From positions 170,996,001 through 171,060,000 of the forward strand of contig OZ024740.1 in the NCBI GenBank assembly GCA_964016885.1: 64,000 nucleotides of DNA, read 5' to 3'. Numbering within the stretch: the first letter of the stretch is position 1; every line of letters begins with the position of its first letter. The DNA is from Eledone cirrhosa (taxonomy: Eukaryota). The position numbers and the translations under genes are program-made. Positions 1 through 12,364 of this stretch are shown one piece after another. The notes below the pieces were generated by a model, which was given only the letters and a program-made list of their open reading frames with translations, did not search any database and was not told the origin of the DNA.

Positions 1-345
1 CGTGGATTAGTGGTTAAGGTGTTTGTCTTACGAGTGCAAAGTCACGAATTCGATTTCCTAGCAACGCTTTGTTTCCATGAAGCAAGAAACTTTATTTCAT
101 ATTGCTCCAGTCCATTCACTGAAGAAAAGTGATCTGTACCTGTAATTCAAAGGGCCAGTTTTGCCACACATTGATTAATGCGGAATCTCCCTGAGAACTA
201 CGTTAAGGGTGCACGTAACTGTGGAATGCTCAGCAACATAGACATTAATTTCACAAGCATGTCGTTCCGTTATTCAAAGTGGAAAGCTGGTCGCTGGGCT
301 GGGACCGACTGACGTCTAACAACAACAACAACAACAACAACAAAA
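1..345 (+). mobile_element. tRNA-derived SINE, family 1 (degenerate, (CAA)n tail)
   Basis: A-box-like tggattagtggtt and B-box-like aattcgatt. Body (agcaagaaactttat...tgctccagtccattcact...tgtaattcaaagggccag) is shared with copies at 530, 23355, 41640 and 56935. Confidence 0.7.
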
Positions 346-529
346 CAATGTTTTATCGCCACTAGAGATAGGCGAGGACTGATCAATGGTAAACAATAAT
401 AGATTTCGGTTAGATTCGAACTCAGAATGTATAGTTAATAAATAGGATAGTGAAAGGTTTTCAGTTTAGTACACCATCTATAACAGAAATGAAATGCACT
501 TTGTGAGAATATAAACATGGTTTCGTGAT

Positions 530-870
530 GTAACAAGGCCAAATGGTTAAGTTACTGACTTTAATATCGTGAGGTTACAGGTTTGATTTCATTAAGTGGC
601 ATCTTGGACAAATGTCTTTTGCTATATATTCGGGTCGGCCCAACGCAAACCTTGTCAGTGAAACAGGGTAGACGGAATCTGTTTCGAGGTCCGTGTTGTG
701 GATTGTACCTGCTAATTCCAAGGTCCAGCTATGTCATATATTGTGTCACGTTGAATCTCCTAAATAATAACACATTTCTGTTGAATATTGAGCCACGTAG
801 ACGTTAATTCATGAGCAGGCCGTTCTGTTAACAGAATATCTATAAAACTCATTGCAGAAAGTGACGAAGG
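530..870 (+). mobile_element. tRNA-derived SINE, family 1 (degenerate)
   Basis: ggccaaatggttaag...ggtttgattt head; body similar to 23355-23705 and 56935-57470. Confidence 0.6.
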
Positions 871-1789
871 TTATATTTTAGATTTAGTTTGACGATGATT
901 TTTTTTTTATAGGGGCAGGACTGTATTGATTTCAATTTTAGATTGGCTTATACATATTGAAATTTGATTGACAAAAAACATGAAACCGAACCCCAATTTC
1001 TTTTTAACATCTTTGATGCCAAACTGCCTGAACCTGTATTCGGTTCTATGATACAAAGTTGTTTGTTTTAAAATGTTTGTATATATCTAAAACCCTTCGA
1101 TCTTAATAATGAAAAGGCTAGTTATAGTGCTAAATCCATCTAAAACCTTGATTATTTTCAAATTTTTACGTTCAAGAATATTTTTCATTAGAAATATTGC
1201 AACGAAAGAGTTAAGCTAGAATACTGAGTAAAAAGAAAACCAGATATTTACTCCCTGGCATTTAATCTGGAACGCCAACCACAATATTTATTGAATATAT
1301 AATGAATAAATTAACAACGTCAAAGGAAAAAGAAAAGAAAAATAATTATTCACCGCAGTGTTTTCGAACCTCTACTAATTTTACTTCATTTCCTTTAAAG
1401 TTTCAATATGATTTATTTCATAGAGACATCTATTTTTTTTTTCGCATAATTTTGCTTCTATTTTTATTTCACTCCTCTTTTTTACTCTCTTTCTCTCTCT
1501 CCCTCTTTCTTTTCAAGTAATTGATCCATTTTCGTTTTGATCATTGTGAGAGCTGGCCAAATCTCTCTTCATTTTTTTACTATTTCTATTCTGCCCATCT
1601 TCTTCAACGGACGCTGAAATGACACTGCCAACTATTCTCTACACTGCGAAACAAGATTGCTTACCGCAGAGGAAGTAATTTACAGTCACATTATCAAATA
1701 TATTTGATAGCAATTCAACTTTAGGAACTACTTTCCTACAATAATACAGAAATATTCTTCTCTAAAATCAAAGGTTTCATATATCTCTG

Positions 1790-1945
<156 letters not shown>

Positions 1946-2087
1946 TACATGCTCAGATAATGACTATCTTCAGTCAGCATTGATGATTTCAGATAATGAA
2001 ACAGTTCTAGTCCCGTAGAAGCCATTTCTATATTACATTTCCGTTGTTCTCACTCTACGTATATATTGAGTACCTTATTTATTTGAA

Positions 2088-2432
2088 GGCGCATGGTTTA
2101 GTGGTTAGAGTAGAGAGCTTGAGGTTGGGAGGTTCTCAATTCGATTCTCCGACCAGATGATGCGTTGTGTCCTTGAGCAAGACACTTTATTTCCCGTTGC
2201 TCCGGTTTACTCAGCTGTAGAAATGAGTTGCGACGTCACTGGTGCCAAGTTGTATCGGTCATTGCCTTTCCCTTGGACGGTGGCTTGGAGAGGAGAGGTT
2301 CGTATACACGGGCGACTACTGGTTTTCCAAGAACAATCTTGCCCGGACTTGTGCCTCGGAGGTGAAATTTCTAGGTGCAAATCCCATGCCCATTTGCGAC
2401 CGAAATGGGGTATTTACCCCCTTTACCTTATT
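2088..2432 (+). mobile_element. tRNA-derived SINE (family 1 subtype)
   Basis: ggcgcatggtttagtggttagag head, ttcgattc B-box and tgtgtccttgagcaagacacttt core-like segment. Similar to 61835-62285 and to 22800-23112 (minus). Confidence 0.8.
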
Positions 2433-2462
2433 TACTCTGGTTGCTCCCGTTTTCACTTGGGA

Positions 2463-2493
<31 letters not shown>

Positions 2494-2993
2494 TTCAAAG
2501 AGTCAACAAAGAGAGGTACAAAACGTCTTATTATATATATATAACTTGCCCTATTTAATAGAATGTAGTCTAAATTCAGCTATGTATAATGCTTAATCAT
2601 AAGAGGAAGAAATAACCTTATAATATTGACGTCTTGTGACAATCATGTCTATGCTGGTTATGAAGGACAACATCCGCTGGTGTTATTTGTGAGAAAGTAC
2701 TTTTGACAGAAGTTGAACTCAATAATCTCGCCATGCAGCAGTTAGACATGACAACTATAGACATAAAACTCACGAGTAACAGAGTATGGCAAAAGTGCTC
2801 CATTTGTTTCCAATGATAAATAACAGCAGAAGCATATAGGTTTCTAATATAGCCCAGGACCAGCAATTTAGAGACAGGGGAATAGTCGATTGTATCGATC
2901 CAAGTACTTTACTAGTACTTTATTTTACTGACTCCAGAAGAATAAAAAAACCAAGTTGACCATACCGGGATTTAGACTTAGAAAGAAAAAGCC

Positions 2994-3063
<70 letters not shown>

Positions 3064-3075
<12 letters not shown>

Positions 3076-3798
3076 GAATATAAAAGAAAAACGAACACAG
3101 ATATATACATATATGTGTTCAAATCGCAAGGAACCAGATTCGCTAAGGTGAAAAGAATACTAACTATAGACAATAGTATAGACAATCTTTTATATTCTAT
3201 TATAATATACGGCTCGGAAATATCTCTTTCTTAGAGCTATTTTATTGTAAGAGACTATTTTAAGTTCCTAACTCAATATATACCTTTGATATATTCGGCT
3301 CCATTAATTTGTTGAGCTATTTCAAATGTCGAATAAACCTGGCTGTTATTTTTAGTGGTGTAAGTTTGTGAGACACGCTAAGATACCATGTGCGTTATTA
3401 TATATAGCACACTATTCAGTTACTTAATATACTTAGAAGTGTCTAGGATACTAAGTTGTCACCCACTGATGAGCCAAAATTGGTATTTCTCTTCACAATT
3501 AATTAGTATTGCGAAATAGCACCACGCTGTCTGGGTGATTGGTAGTTACCACAATTCCGTTTTGTATTTATTTTCTTGATTTTTTTCTTAAATTAAGACA
3601 GGCAAACCCTATTGTCTATAATTAGTATTCTTTTCACCTTAGCGAATCTAGTCCCTTGCGATTTGAACACATATATGTATGTATCTGTGTTCGTTTTTCT
3701 TTTATATTCAATTATAATATACGGCTCGGAGAAATCTCTTTCTTGGAGCTATTTTATTGTAAGAGACTATTTTGAGTTCCTAACTCAATATATACCTT

Positions 3799-3802
<4 letters not shown>
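3064..3802 (+). mobile_element. Non-autonomous HHR element (retrozyme/pLTR-like): ~512-bp monomer with partial tandem repeat and inverted 5' piece, flanked by (TA)n
   Basis: 3187-3293 is repeated at about 3699-3802 (ggctcgg at 3211 and 3723). 3064-3176 is the reverse complement of about 3610-3716. A second copy lies at 58144-58385. Confidence 0.8.
3459..3538 (+). ncRNA. Type I hammerhead ribozyme
   Basis: Stem I tcaccca/tgggtga; CTGATGA 3466-3472; stem II gc...gc; GAAA 3513-3516; stem III tagc-accac-gctg; GUC triplet 3529-3531. Confidence 0.85.
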
Positions 3803-3831
<29 letters not shown>

Positions 3832-3834
<3 letters not shown>

Positions 3835-4630
3835 CGTTTCTGAGTTTGTTTAGCAAGATTCTTTATCTGAAATCGTGTGTTGAAACCGATATTGTTATAC
3901 TTTGGGAGGGTCATGTTGCCAATAAGAAACACGCGCACCAGATGCTTTCACTTCAATTTATTATAATAAATTTATAATAAATTTATAAATTTATAAATTT
4001 CTGGTTGGTTGGTTGGTTCCACAACCAGATAGTTGTTTATATATTGTCATAGTTCTTTCGTCACACACTCTGTGACCTCTTCAGTGACTGGGGATTCCTT
4101 TCTTTGTTTCTGTGCCTCTCCTTTGTTCGTCCTACGCCATGTTGTTTCTGTGTGTGTGTTGTGTGTTCAGTCTGCGCATGCGCCACATCCGGGTGTCTGT
4201 GTGTGTTTATGTTCATTTATTTATTTGTTTATTTACATGTTATTGTTTATTTGTTTATTTACATGTTACAAACAACCAACCAGTAACATGTAAATAAACA
4301 AATAAATAAATGAACATAAACACACACAGACGCCCGGATGTGGCGCATGCGCAGACTGAGCACACAACACACACACAGAAACAAAATGGCGTAGGACAGA
4401 ACAAAGGAGAGGCACAGAAACAAAGAAAGGAATCCCCAGTCACTGAAGAGGTCACAGAGTGTGTGACGCAAGAACTATGACAATATATAAACAACTATCT
4501 GGTTGTGGAACCAACCAACCAACCAGAAATTTATAAATTTATAAATTTATTATAAATTTATTATAATAAATTGAAGTGAAAGCAACTGGTGCGTGTGTTT
4601 CTTATTAGCAACATGACCCTCCCAAAGTAT

Positions 4631-4637
<7 letters not shown>
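3832..4637. mobile_element. Head-to-head fold-back of PLE pseudo-LTR (family A), (TA)n on both sides
   Basis: Near-perfect inverted arms about 3890-4267 and 4284-4637. The same sequence forms the 3' end of the GIY-YIG relic at 51290-52558. Confidence 0.85.
4046..4088 (-). ncRNA. Minimal HHR (family A)
   Basis: Minus strand: gtca CTGAAGA g gtcaca-gagtg-tgtgac GAAA gaac ta tgac. The mirror copy at 4439-4481 (+) has GCAA. Confidence 0.7.
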
Positions 4638-4674
<37 letters not shown>

Positions 4675-4677
<3 letters not shown>

Positions 4678-5150
4678 TAAACGGAATAGAAAATGCTGAC
4701 AAATTGTTCACAGTTGAAAAATTGTTTAATTAGGAATAAAAGAGTATTAGTGATTGTATGGGTTAGTATTCAGTTGTGGTTTTAAGTTTTTAAGTTTTTA
4801 CCGGTTGCGCATTTCTAAATGCTTTTCAAAAATAATTTTGAGATAGAGTGTCCGTGTTGTTTGCTCTGATCTGATTAGTTTTGGGAATTCTACCTGTTTT
4901 TATGTAAAAAAAAGTGGCTCCAGCGTTACTTTGGTGTAGCAAAAATTCTTGTGGTCAAAACAATTTTGATTGGTCGGTAGAGGTCATGTGAATGTAAGAA
5001 AATGATTTTGCGCCAAGACTGTTTTTATGTTAAAAAAGTGGCTCCAGCGCTATTTAGTGTTTGCAAAAATTCTTGTGGTCAAACAATTTTGATTGGTCGG
5101 TAGAGGTCATGTGAATAAAAAATTGGTTTTGCGCCAAGATTGAGAAATGA
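4675..5150 (-). mobile_element. TA-flanked repeat homologous to the 54545-54917 fold-back, with an internal ~125-bp tandem duplication
   Basis: 4675-4855 aligns by eye with 54549-54725; 4895-5018 is repeated at 5019-5139. Confidence 0.7.
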
Positions 5151-5252
5151 CTCTTTGACAACAAATATGTGTGTGTGTGTGTGTAGTAGTAGTAAGGTGT
5201 TCGATGTTGTGATAATGGTTAGCAGGGATGTGTGTCAAATGGCTATTAAGAT

Positions 5253-5375
<123 letters not shown>

Positions 5376-5711
5376 GCAGAGTAATTCGTGGTAGCAGGGA
5401 TGGTCAGTAAGAATGTGTCTGAAAGCAATGGGGGGTATTTTAGCATGTCAAAAGATATTTTTCAGCTTTTGTCTTATACGGAGAAGTGCGTGTGTGTGTA
5501 TAAGTCTCTTTGTATGTTAATGTACGCGTGTGTATGTGTGTGTGTATATATGTGTGTGTGCGGGGGGGGGGCAGTATTTTTTCCCCCTGGTAAAATGGTG
5601 TACATTATTCGACTTTTTCAGTAAAATCGGTTCTCTTAATAGAACATCAAAAATCTTAACAATAAAAGGTGTGAAATGATATTCACTACATATATATACA
5701 CATACATATAT

Positions 5712-5804
<93 letters not shown>

Positions 5805-6046
5805 CATATACATATATATGTATATATATATATATATGTGTGTGTGAGTGACTTGTGAAATACCAAACCCAGCATGAATACATTGAAGTGTGTCGGACGG
5901 AGAGTAGCGGATGAACAGTATGGCAGCAATTATTGGCCAGAATTTATGATGAGGTAGAAAAACAACAGCCAACAGCAGGACAAGCGAAGAAGATGTTTTT
6001 TGAAGTTAAAACCTCAGTGAGAAAATTTGTTCCGAAATTATCGGAA

Positions 6047-6134
6047 GTGTCCGACGAACCTGCAGTTATAGAATCAGACAGATCCATACAATGATCGTGT
6101 CTCGAGCTGTCTGCCGGCGAAACAATTGTAACAC
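6047..6134 (+). ncRNA. Degenerate HHR with long stem II
   Basis: gtgt CCGACGA ...agacag/ctgtct... GAAA caattg TA acac, followed by aataaa. U4C core change. Confidence 0.5.
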
Positions 6135-6189
6135 ACAATAAATTGAGTCCAGATGCATCACTGATTTTTCGTTTTATTTTATATTATAT

Positions 6190-6271
<82 letters not shown>

Positions 6272-6273
<2 letters not shown>

Positions 6274-6695
6274 TGTTATACTTGGGGAGGGTCATATTTG
6301 TGTAATATTGCCAGAATTAATAACAGAACAATATCTTCTACGCCATCTTTATTTAAATAAAGATGGCGTAGAAAATACAATGTAACGGGAGGAAACAATA
6401 GCACCACTGACGATGTTGCAGATGTGCAACGAAAGAACTTTGATAAACTATATATATGTGTTTGTGTCTATATTGTATCTGTATTATTTTTGACCGTTGG
6501 TCAGTCAATGGCAACATTGAGGACCGAATAAATTAGATTACCGATATAAAAGACACAGAAGCGAAAAGCGAAAACCAACCAAACAGTGAGTGTGTTCTGT
6601 TATTAATTCTGGCAATATTACACAAATATGACACTCCCCAAGTATAACAATATTTGTTTCGACACACGATTTCATATCAAAAACCTCGCAAAAGT
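6272..6695 (+). mobile_element. pLTR-like element related to family A, with inverted terminal piece and HHR at about 6403-6444
   Basis: 6272-6330 is inverted at 6591-6652; CTGACGA t gttgca-gatg-tgcaac GAAA gaac tt. Terminal motif atgacactccccaagtataacaata; relatives at 42520-42845 and 60865-60975. Confidence 0.7.
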
Positions 6696-6759
6696 ATATA
6701 TATATATATATATTACTTCAAAATATTAATAAATATAGACATTCATGTGATCAAATATA

Positions 6760-6822
6760 TTTTATTATACATATTTCAGACGTACTGAGCTATTTCAACA
6801 GTACGACCTCATCAGAAAAAAT
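6760..6822 (-). ncRNA. Type I HHR (AT-rich stem I family)
   Basis: Minus strand: tttt CTGATGA gg-t-cgtactg...cagtacg-tct GAAA tatgta TA ataaaa. Confidence 0.65.
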
Positions 6823-6858
6823 AAGTTGATGCCTGACATACCTTGACTATGTTGATGG

Positions 6859-6950
<92 letters not shown>

Positions 6951-6994
6951 AAGTTAAATAAAAGTCAAATGATTAAAATTTAGCTTCGTTTATT

Positions 6995-7049
6995 ACTGCT
7001 ATATATATTTCAGTGACAGCCATCTTTGGCTGTGACCTCTTCAGGCAGT
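6995..7049 (-). ncRNA. Minimal type I HHR in PLE 3' pLTR
   Basis: Minus strand: actgc CTGAAGA ggtcacagcc-aaagat-ggctgtcact GAAA tatata TA gcagt; palindromic stem III. Confidence 0.8.
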
Positions 7050-8239
7050 TTGAATTAGTATGGTATAGACAAGTACATATGTTGTTTAGGTGTATGATAT
7101 TGTCAATACTCTGATATGCCCAGTTCCTTGCTGGGTTGTTAATTCACTGGGGAACTGGAGTCATATGAATTCAAACAAACGAATTTTCGTGTCACAGGTC
7201 CCCTTCTCCTCTCATTGGTCAGTTATTAGTGTTGTCATTGTTGGAGTTAGCTTAAAAATTGATAAAATGGTAGAAGGGACAAGGTGTTGAATGAACAAAA
7301 TATCAAAAAATGTGTCAAACTTCCCATTGTTCAGTTCTGAGAGCATTCCTCAGTCAGAAGTCTATAGAATTCTTTCTGGGGTGAGGCTCCCTGAAGTGTT
7401 TATGCCTGCTATTGTTCAGTACATTTGACCTCCACCATTATTTTGGTACTGTTGTTGTTGTAGTGGTCAGCTTATATCTTGCTGCTGCTAACAATTTGGA
7501 AGTATTCAGTTTGTGTTTTCTCTTCATCCCACCCGCCACCATCGTAGTGGTGGTGTCGGGGGGGGGGGGGGTTATTTCATGTATATGAAGAAATATAAGG
7601 CAATAAATGAAGAAAACAGAAGATAAATAAATAATATAATAAAATAAAATAATTAATATAATTTGTGTAATTTGAAAATAAATAAATAAATAGACAATAA
7701 AGAATAAAGAGTAAATGAGAGATTGGTGAAAAAGTAATGATAATGTATATGGAGAAGTGAGAAATAATGTAGGATAAAGTGTGTGTGTGTGTGTGTGCTA
7801 TAACCAATCTCAAGGTCAGAATATGTTGGATAGATTGGTATGATACAAGATGTTAAGATGAGATATTCAATGTGTTTGTGTTATAATCTATCTCAACTTA
7901 AAATAAATATAAGGTTATACAGTGAAGAGGGCAGAAAACAAATAACAAATTAATATAGAGAAATCAAGATTTAAGATTGGAACTTTAAAGTCAGAAATCT
8001 GGTAAATTAAAAGTGTTTGTGTTATAGATGTTGGCCAGATTATTATGGCTGTGTCCGATTCTGTCTCTAGGCTATCATGGTGTCTGCTCCGCCTGGGTTG
8101 TTCCCTATGGCTTGAGGGGAGTTCACAACCTAGGGTGTTGTAATTGTCCATATAGCTTGAGGGAGGTCTGGCCGAGAGGTGTTTTCATGTTCTGTAGAAG
8201 TCCCTATAGCTTGAGGGGAGTTCACATCTTCTTGTGTTG

Positions 8240-9289
8240 CTACTGTCCATATATTTTGAGAAAGGTCCCGGCTCTAAGGTGTCTGCATGTCCCGAAGAAG
8301 TCGGTTCTGAGGTTTATCAGGCCGCTTCCACCTCTTAGTATCTCGAGGGTCTCGTTCAGGCATAGTTTGCATATGCAAGATCCCCCTTTATCGGGTGGTA
8401 CTTTCCTGATTATGTACCAGGCCAGAGAGTATGGGGTCCTGTCCAGCTTAAGCTTCCAGATCAGGTCGGAGAGAGCTGTGCTTTTCCTTTTGGCCTCCTT
8501 CTTGAATGAATGGCGATGGTTGTACCAGCGGTCCTTAAAGCTCGTTGATGTGGCTCCTATGTAGAGGTGTTCGGAGTTGGGGGTTTTAACCCTACAACCG
8601 TACACTATGTTCTTCTTGAGACATTCATTACCAAGGGGGCATGATTCGGGGTTTCTACAGTTGCAGAGGGTGGGCGGCCTCTGCGTGCTTAGATTAGGGT
8701 TCTCATTATGTGTTACATGTTGGTCTTCCCCCATGCTCGGTGGGGGGTCCTTGGGTCTGTTTGTGTTTCTTGGGTGGGCTCTGGGTCCCCCCTTCCCTCC
8801 TTTCACATGGTTCTGCTGAGTGTTTGTATTGCCATCTTCTGGTTGTGTGTGGTTTTTAAGCCTACTTCTGTTGATGCTAGCTATGTGTTGGGCCAAATTT
8901 CTCGTGGTGGAATACGAAAGCTTCACAGTGTGTCTGTTGAAGATCCTGTGGTATCCGTGGTCCCTCGGGAAGCATTTGTCAAGTGCTCCAAAGAACAATC
9001 GGGCCAAGCTTTTCTTTAGGGCCGCTGAGTAGGGTGGGTTGTACCACGTGATTTGTCGGTGTCTCCTCCTATATGTGTGGGTTGGGGGCTTCGTGGTTTG
9101 TTGGAGATTTGTTGGTTTGCTGGTGGTTTCCGCACTGTTGCTTCCCTTTTGGGCTCTATACTTTCTGTTATCTTCACGGCCCGGATTTGTGGGGTGGTTG
9201 TTGTCTGCCCCGGGAGATCCATCGTGGGGTGGTCGCCCGTTTCCCCCCCCCCACGTGTCCTGCGGTTGGGGTTGCCCGTCCTGGGGTAG
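8240..9289 (-). pseudogene. PLE thumb/linker + GIY-YIG endonuclease (frame 2)
   Basis: Frame is open from 9289. Motifs: RRRHRQITWYNPPYS, IFNRHTVKLSYS, CNCRNPESCPL..ECL, IVY..YIGAT..FKDRWYNH, CKLCLNE, INLR..TCRH. Confidence 0.9.
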
Positions 9290-10038
9290 TTAGCATCACG
9301 CCTGAGACTGCTACTCATATTGTGCTCCATCTCGTGGTCAAGCGCACTAGTCCCCACCGCCCGTGTGGTGGTGTCTGGTACATGGTGCCTATTTGATTTT
9401 GCTCTGCCTGTATTGTTAGGGTTCGCCCTCCCCCCTCTGGTAACGCGGTTGTGGGTGTCTGTTGGGCTATCCACCTCCCGGCATTTCGGACTATATGTTA
9501 TATTTTGTCCATGTGCCGCCTTCTTTAGAGCTGCGTTGTAATATTCCGCGTGGTTGTTGAATATTTCCTTACTTGCGGACAGGCTGGAGATCCTGTCCGA
9601 GACACTCTTCACCACTGCCTTGGTTATGGATCTAGGGTGGTTTGATTTGGCGTTAACATATACTAGTTTCTCGTTGGGCTTGTGGTAGGGGTAGTATTGC
9701 TCGGTGTTCAGGTTTAGGGTGGTGTCTAGGAAGTTAACTACCTTCCTATTTGGGTCTATTTCTATGCTGAGCCCCTGGTTCTTAAAGAAATGGCGAATAC
9801 GCCTCCTCATACCCTCCAACATATTGGTGCTGTGGTCATGTACTGTGAATAGAGCATCGTCACGATATAATCCGCCGCCCAGGCAGGGGATTTCATCTTT
9901 TATCTGCTTCAGCAGGTAGAGCCCAACCAGGTCCGTTACCTGCGATGAGTCGCTGGAGCCCATCGTGATGTCAAAGTTATTTGGCCAATCACTCCTGGTC
10001 CACAGGTCTCCATCGAAGCGGATTAAGGTCTTTCTTGC
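9016..10038 (-). pseudogene. PLE reverse transcriptase, N-terminally truncated (frame 1)
   Basis: Motifs: FDITMGS, GLYRDD, VNFLDTTLNL, PYHKPNE..YVNAKSNHP. The first ~14 aa of the called ORF come from the inverted pLTR. Confidence 0.9.
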
Positions 10039-10314
10039 GGGAAGTTTGACACATTTTTTGATATTTTGTTCATTCAACACCTTGTCCCTTCTACCATTTT
10101 ATCAATTTTTAAGCTAACTCCAACAATGACAACACTAATAACTGACCAATGAGAGGAGAAGGGGACCTGTGACACGAAAATTCGTTTGTTTGAATTCATA
10201 TGACTCCAGTTCCCCAGTGAATTAACAACCCAGCAAGGAACTGGGCATATCAGAGTATTGACAATATCATACACCTAAACAACATATGTACTTGTCTATA
10301 CCATACTAATTCAA

Positions 10315-10369
10315 ACTGCCTGAAGAGGTCACAGCCAAAGATGGATGTCACTGAAATATATATAGCAGT
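10315..10369 (+). ncRNA. Minimal type I HHR in inverted pLTR
   Basis: actgc CTGAAGA ...GAAA tatata TA gcagt; mirror of 6995-7049. Confidence 0.78.
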
Positions 10370-10544
10370 AATAAACGAAGCTAAATTTTAATCATTTGAC
10401 TTTTATTTAACTTTATTTTACACTACTCCGGAGTAACCAAACCAACCTGCGCACTTCGTCGAGTGCTCCAGCCTGCATACTGAGGTGTTGGTATACAACC
10501 AACATAAACTCAAAATCTATATATATATATATATATATATATAT

Positions 10545-10892
10545 CATATCATATACATATATACATGTGTTTGGTAAATAATTACGTTATTTATGTTGTT
10601 TAATAAAACTCTGAAGGAATTGATAAAAGGAAAAGTGTATTTTCTTACTGTATTGGTAGAAATGTTCTTAAATCAATAAATGTAATGTATATATATAATT
10701 GTTTCTACTTTTGGCACAAGGCCAGCAATTATCCAGTGCATTACTGGTACTTTATTTTACATTTAATTGATTTAAGATCATTTCTACCAATACAGTAAGA
10801 AAATACACTTTTCCTTTATCAATTCCTTCAGAGTTTTATTAAACAACATAAATAACGTAATTATTTACCAAACACATGTATATATGTATATG

Positions 10893-10896
<4 letters not shown>
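10545..10896. repeat. TA-flanked fold-back (~140-bp arms) with a SINE fragment in the loop
   Basis: 10547-10685 is inverted at 10757-10895. The loop 10697-10760 matches the family 2 SINE 3' end. Confidence 0.8.
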
Positions 10897-10925
<29 letters not shown>

Positions 10926-10939
10926 GTATGTGTGTGTGT

Positions 10940-11095
10940 GTGTAAAAGGTAAATAGAAATAACAACACAATCGGTACAGTATGTGGAAGGGATATATTAG
11001 GTTAACGCTTGATATAGCAGGAAGAGGGTCTTAACGCTTCGGATGCTAGGCCTTCATCAGAAGAAAGAATGAGAAATAAGATAGATTGAGGGGAT
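10940..11095 (-). mobile_element. Short HHR element, family B (HHR 11029-11064, GAAG variant)
   Basis: Homologous to 52660-52826, 57716-57990 and 63798-63970. Confidence 0.75.
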
Positions 11096-11114
11096 ATATA
11101 TATATATATGTATG

Positions 11115-12345
<1,231 letters not shown>

Positions 12346-12364
12346 TATATATATATATATATAT

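Larger units (their letters stand above)
6944..10517 (-). mobile_element. Penelope-like retroelement, 5'-truncated, with inverted pseudo-LTRs, inserted in (TA)n
   Basis: RT and GIY-YIG coding on the minus strand. 6944-7325 is inverted almost identically at 10039-10420. An HHR lies in each arm and (TA)n abuts both ends. Confidence 0.92.

Noticed and set aside
7090-7290. Duplicated 66-aa ORF (also 10074-10274)
   Set aside because: Antisense reading of the inverted pLTR; no protein features.
9240-9255. Programmed -1 frameshift at GGGAAAC in the PLE
   Set aside because: The heptamer is out of phase with the RT frame (ggg gaa acg); a homopolymer indel is simpler.
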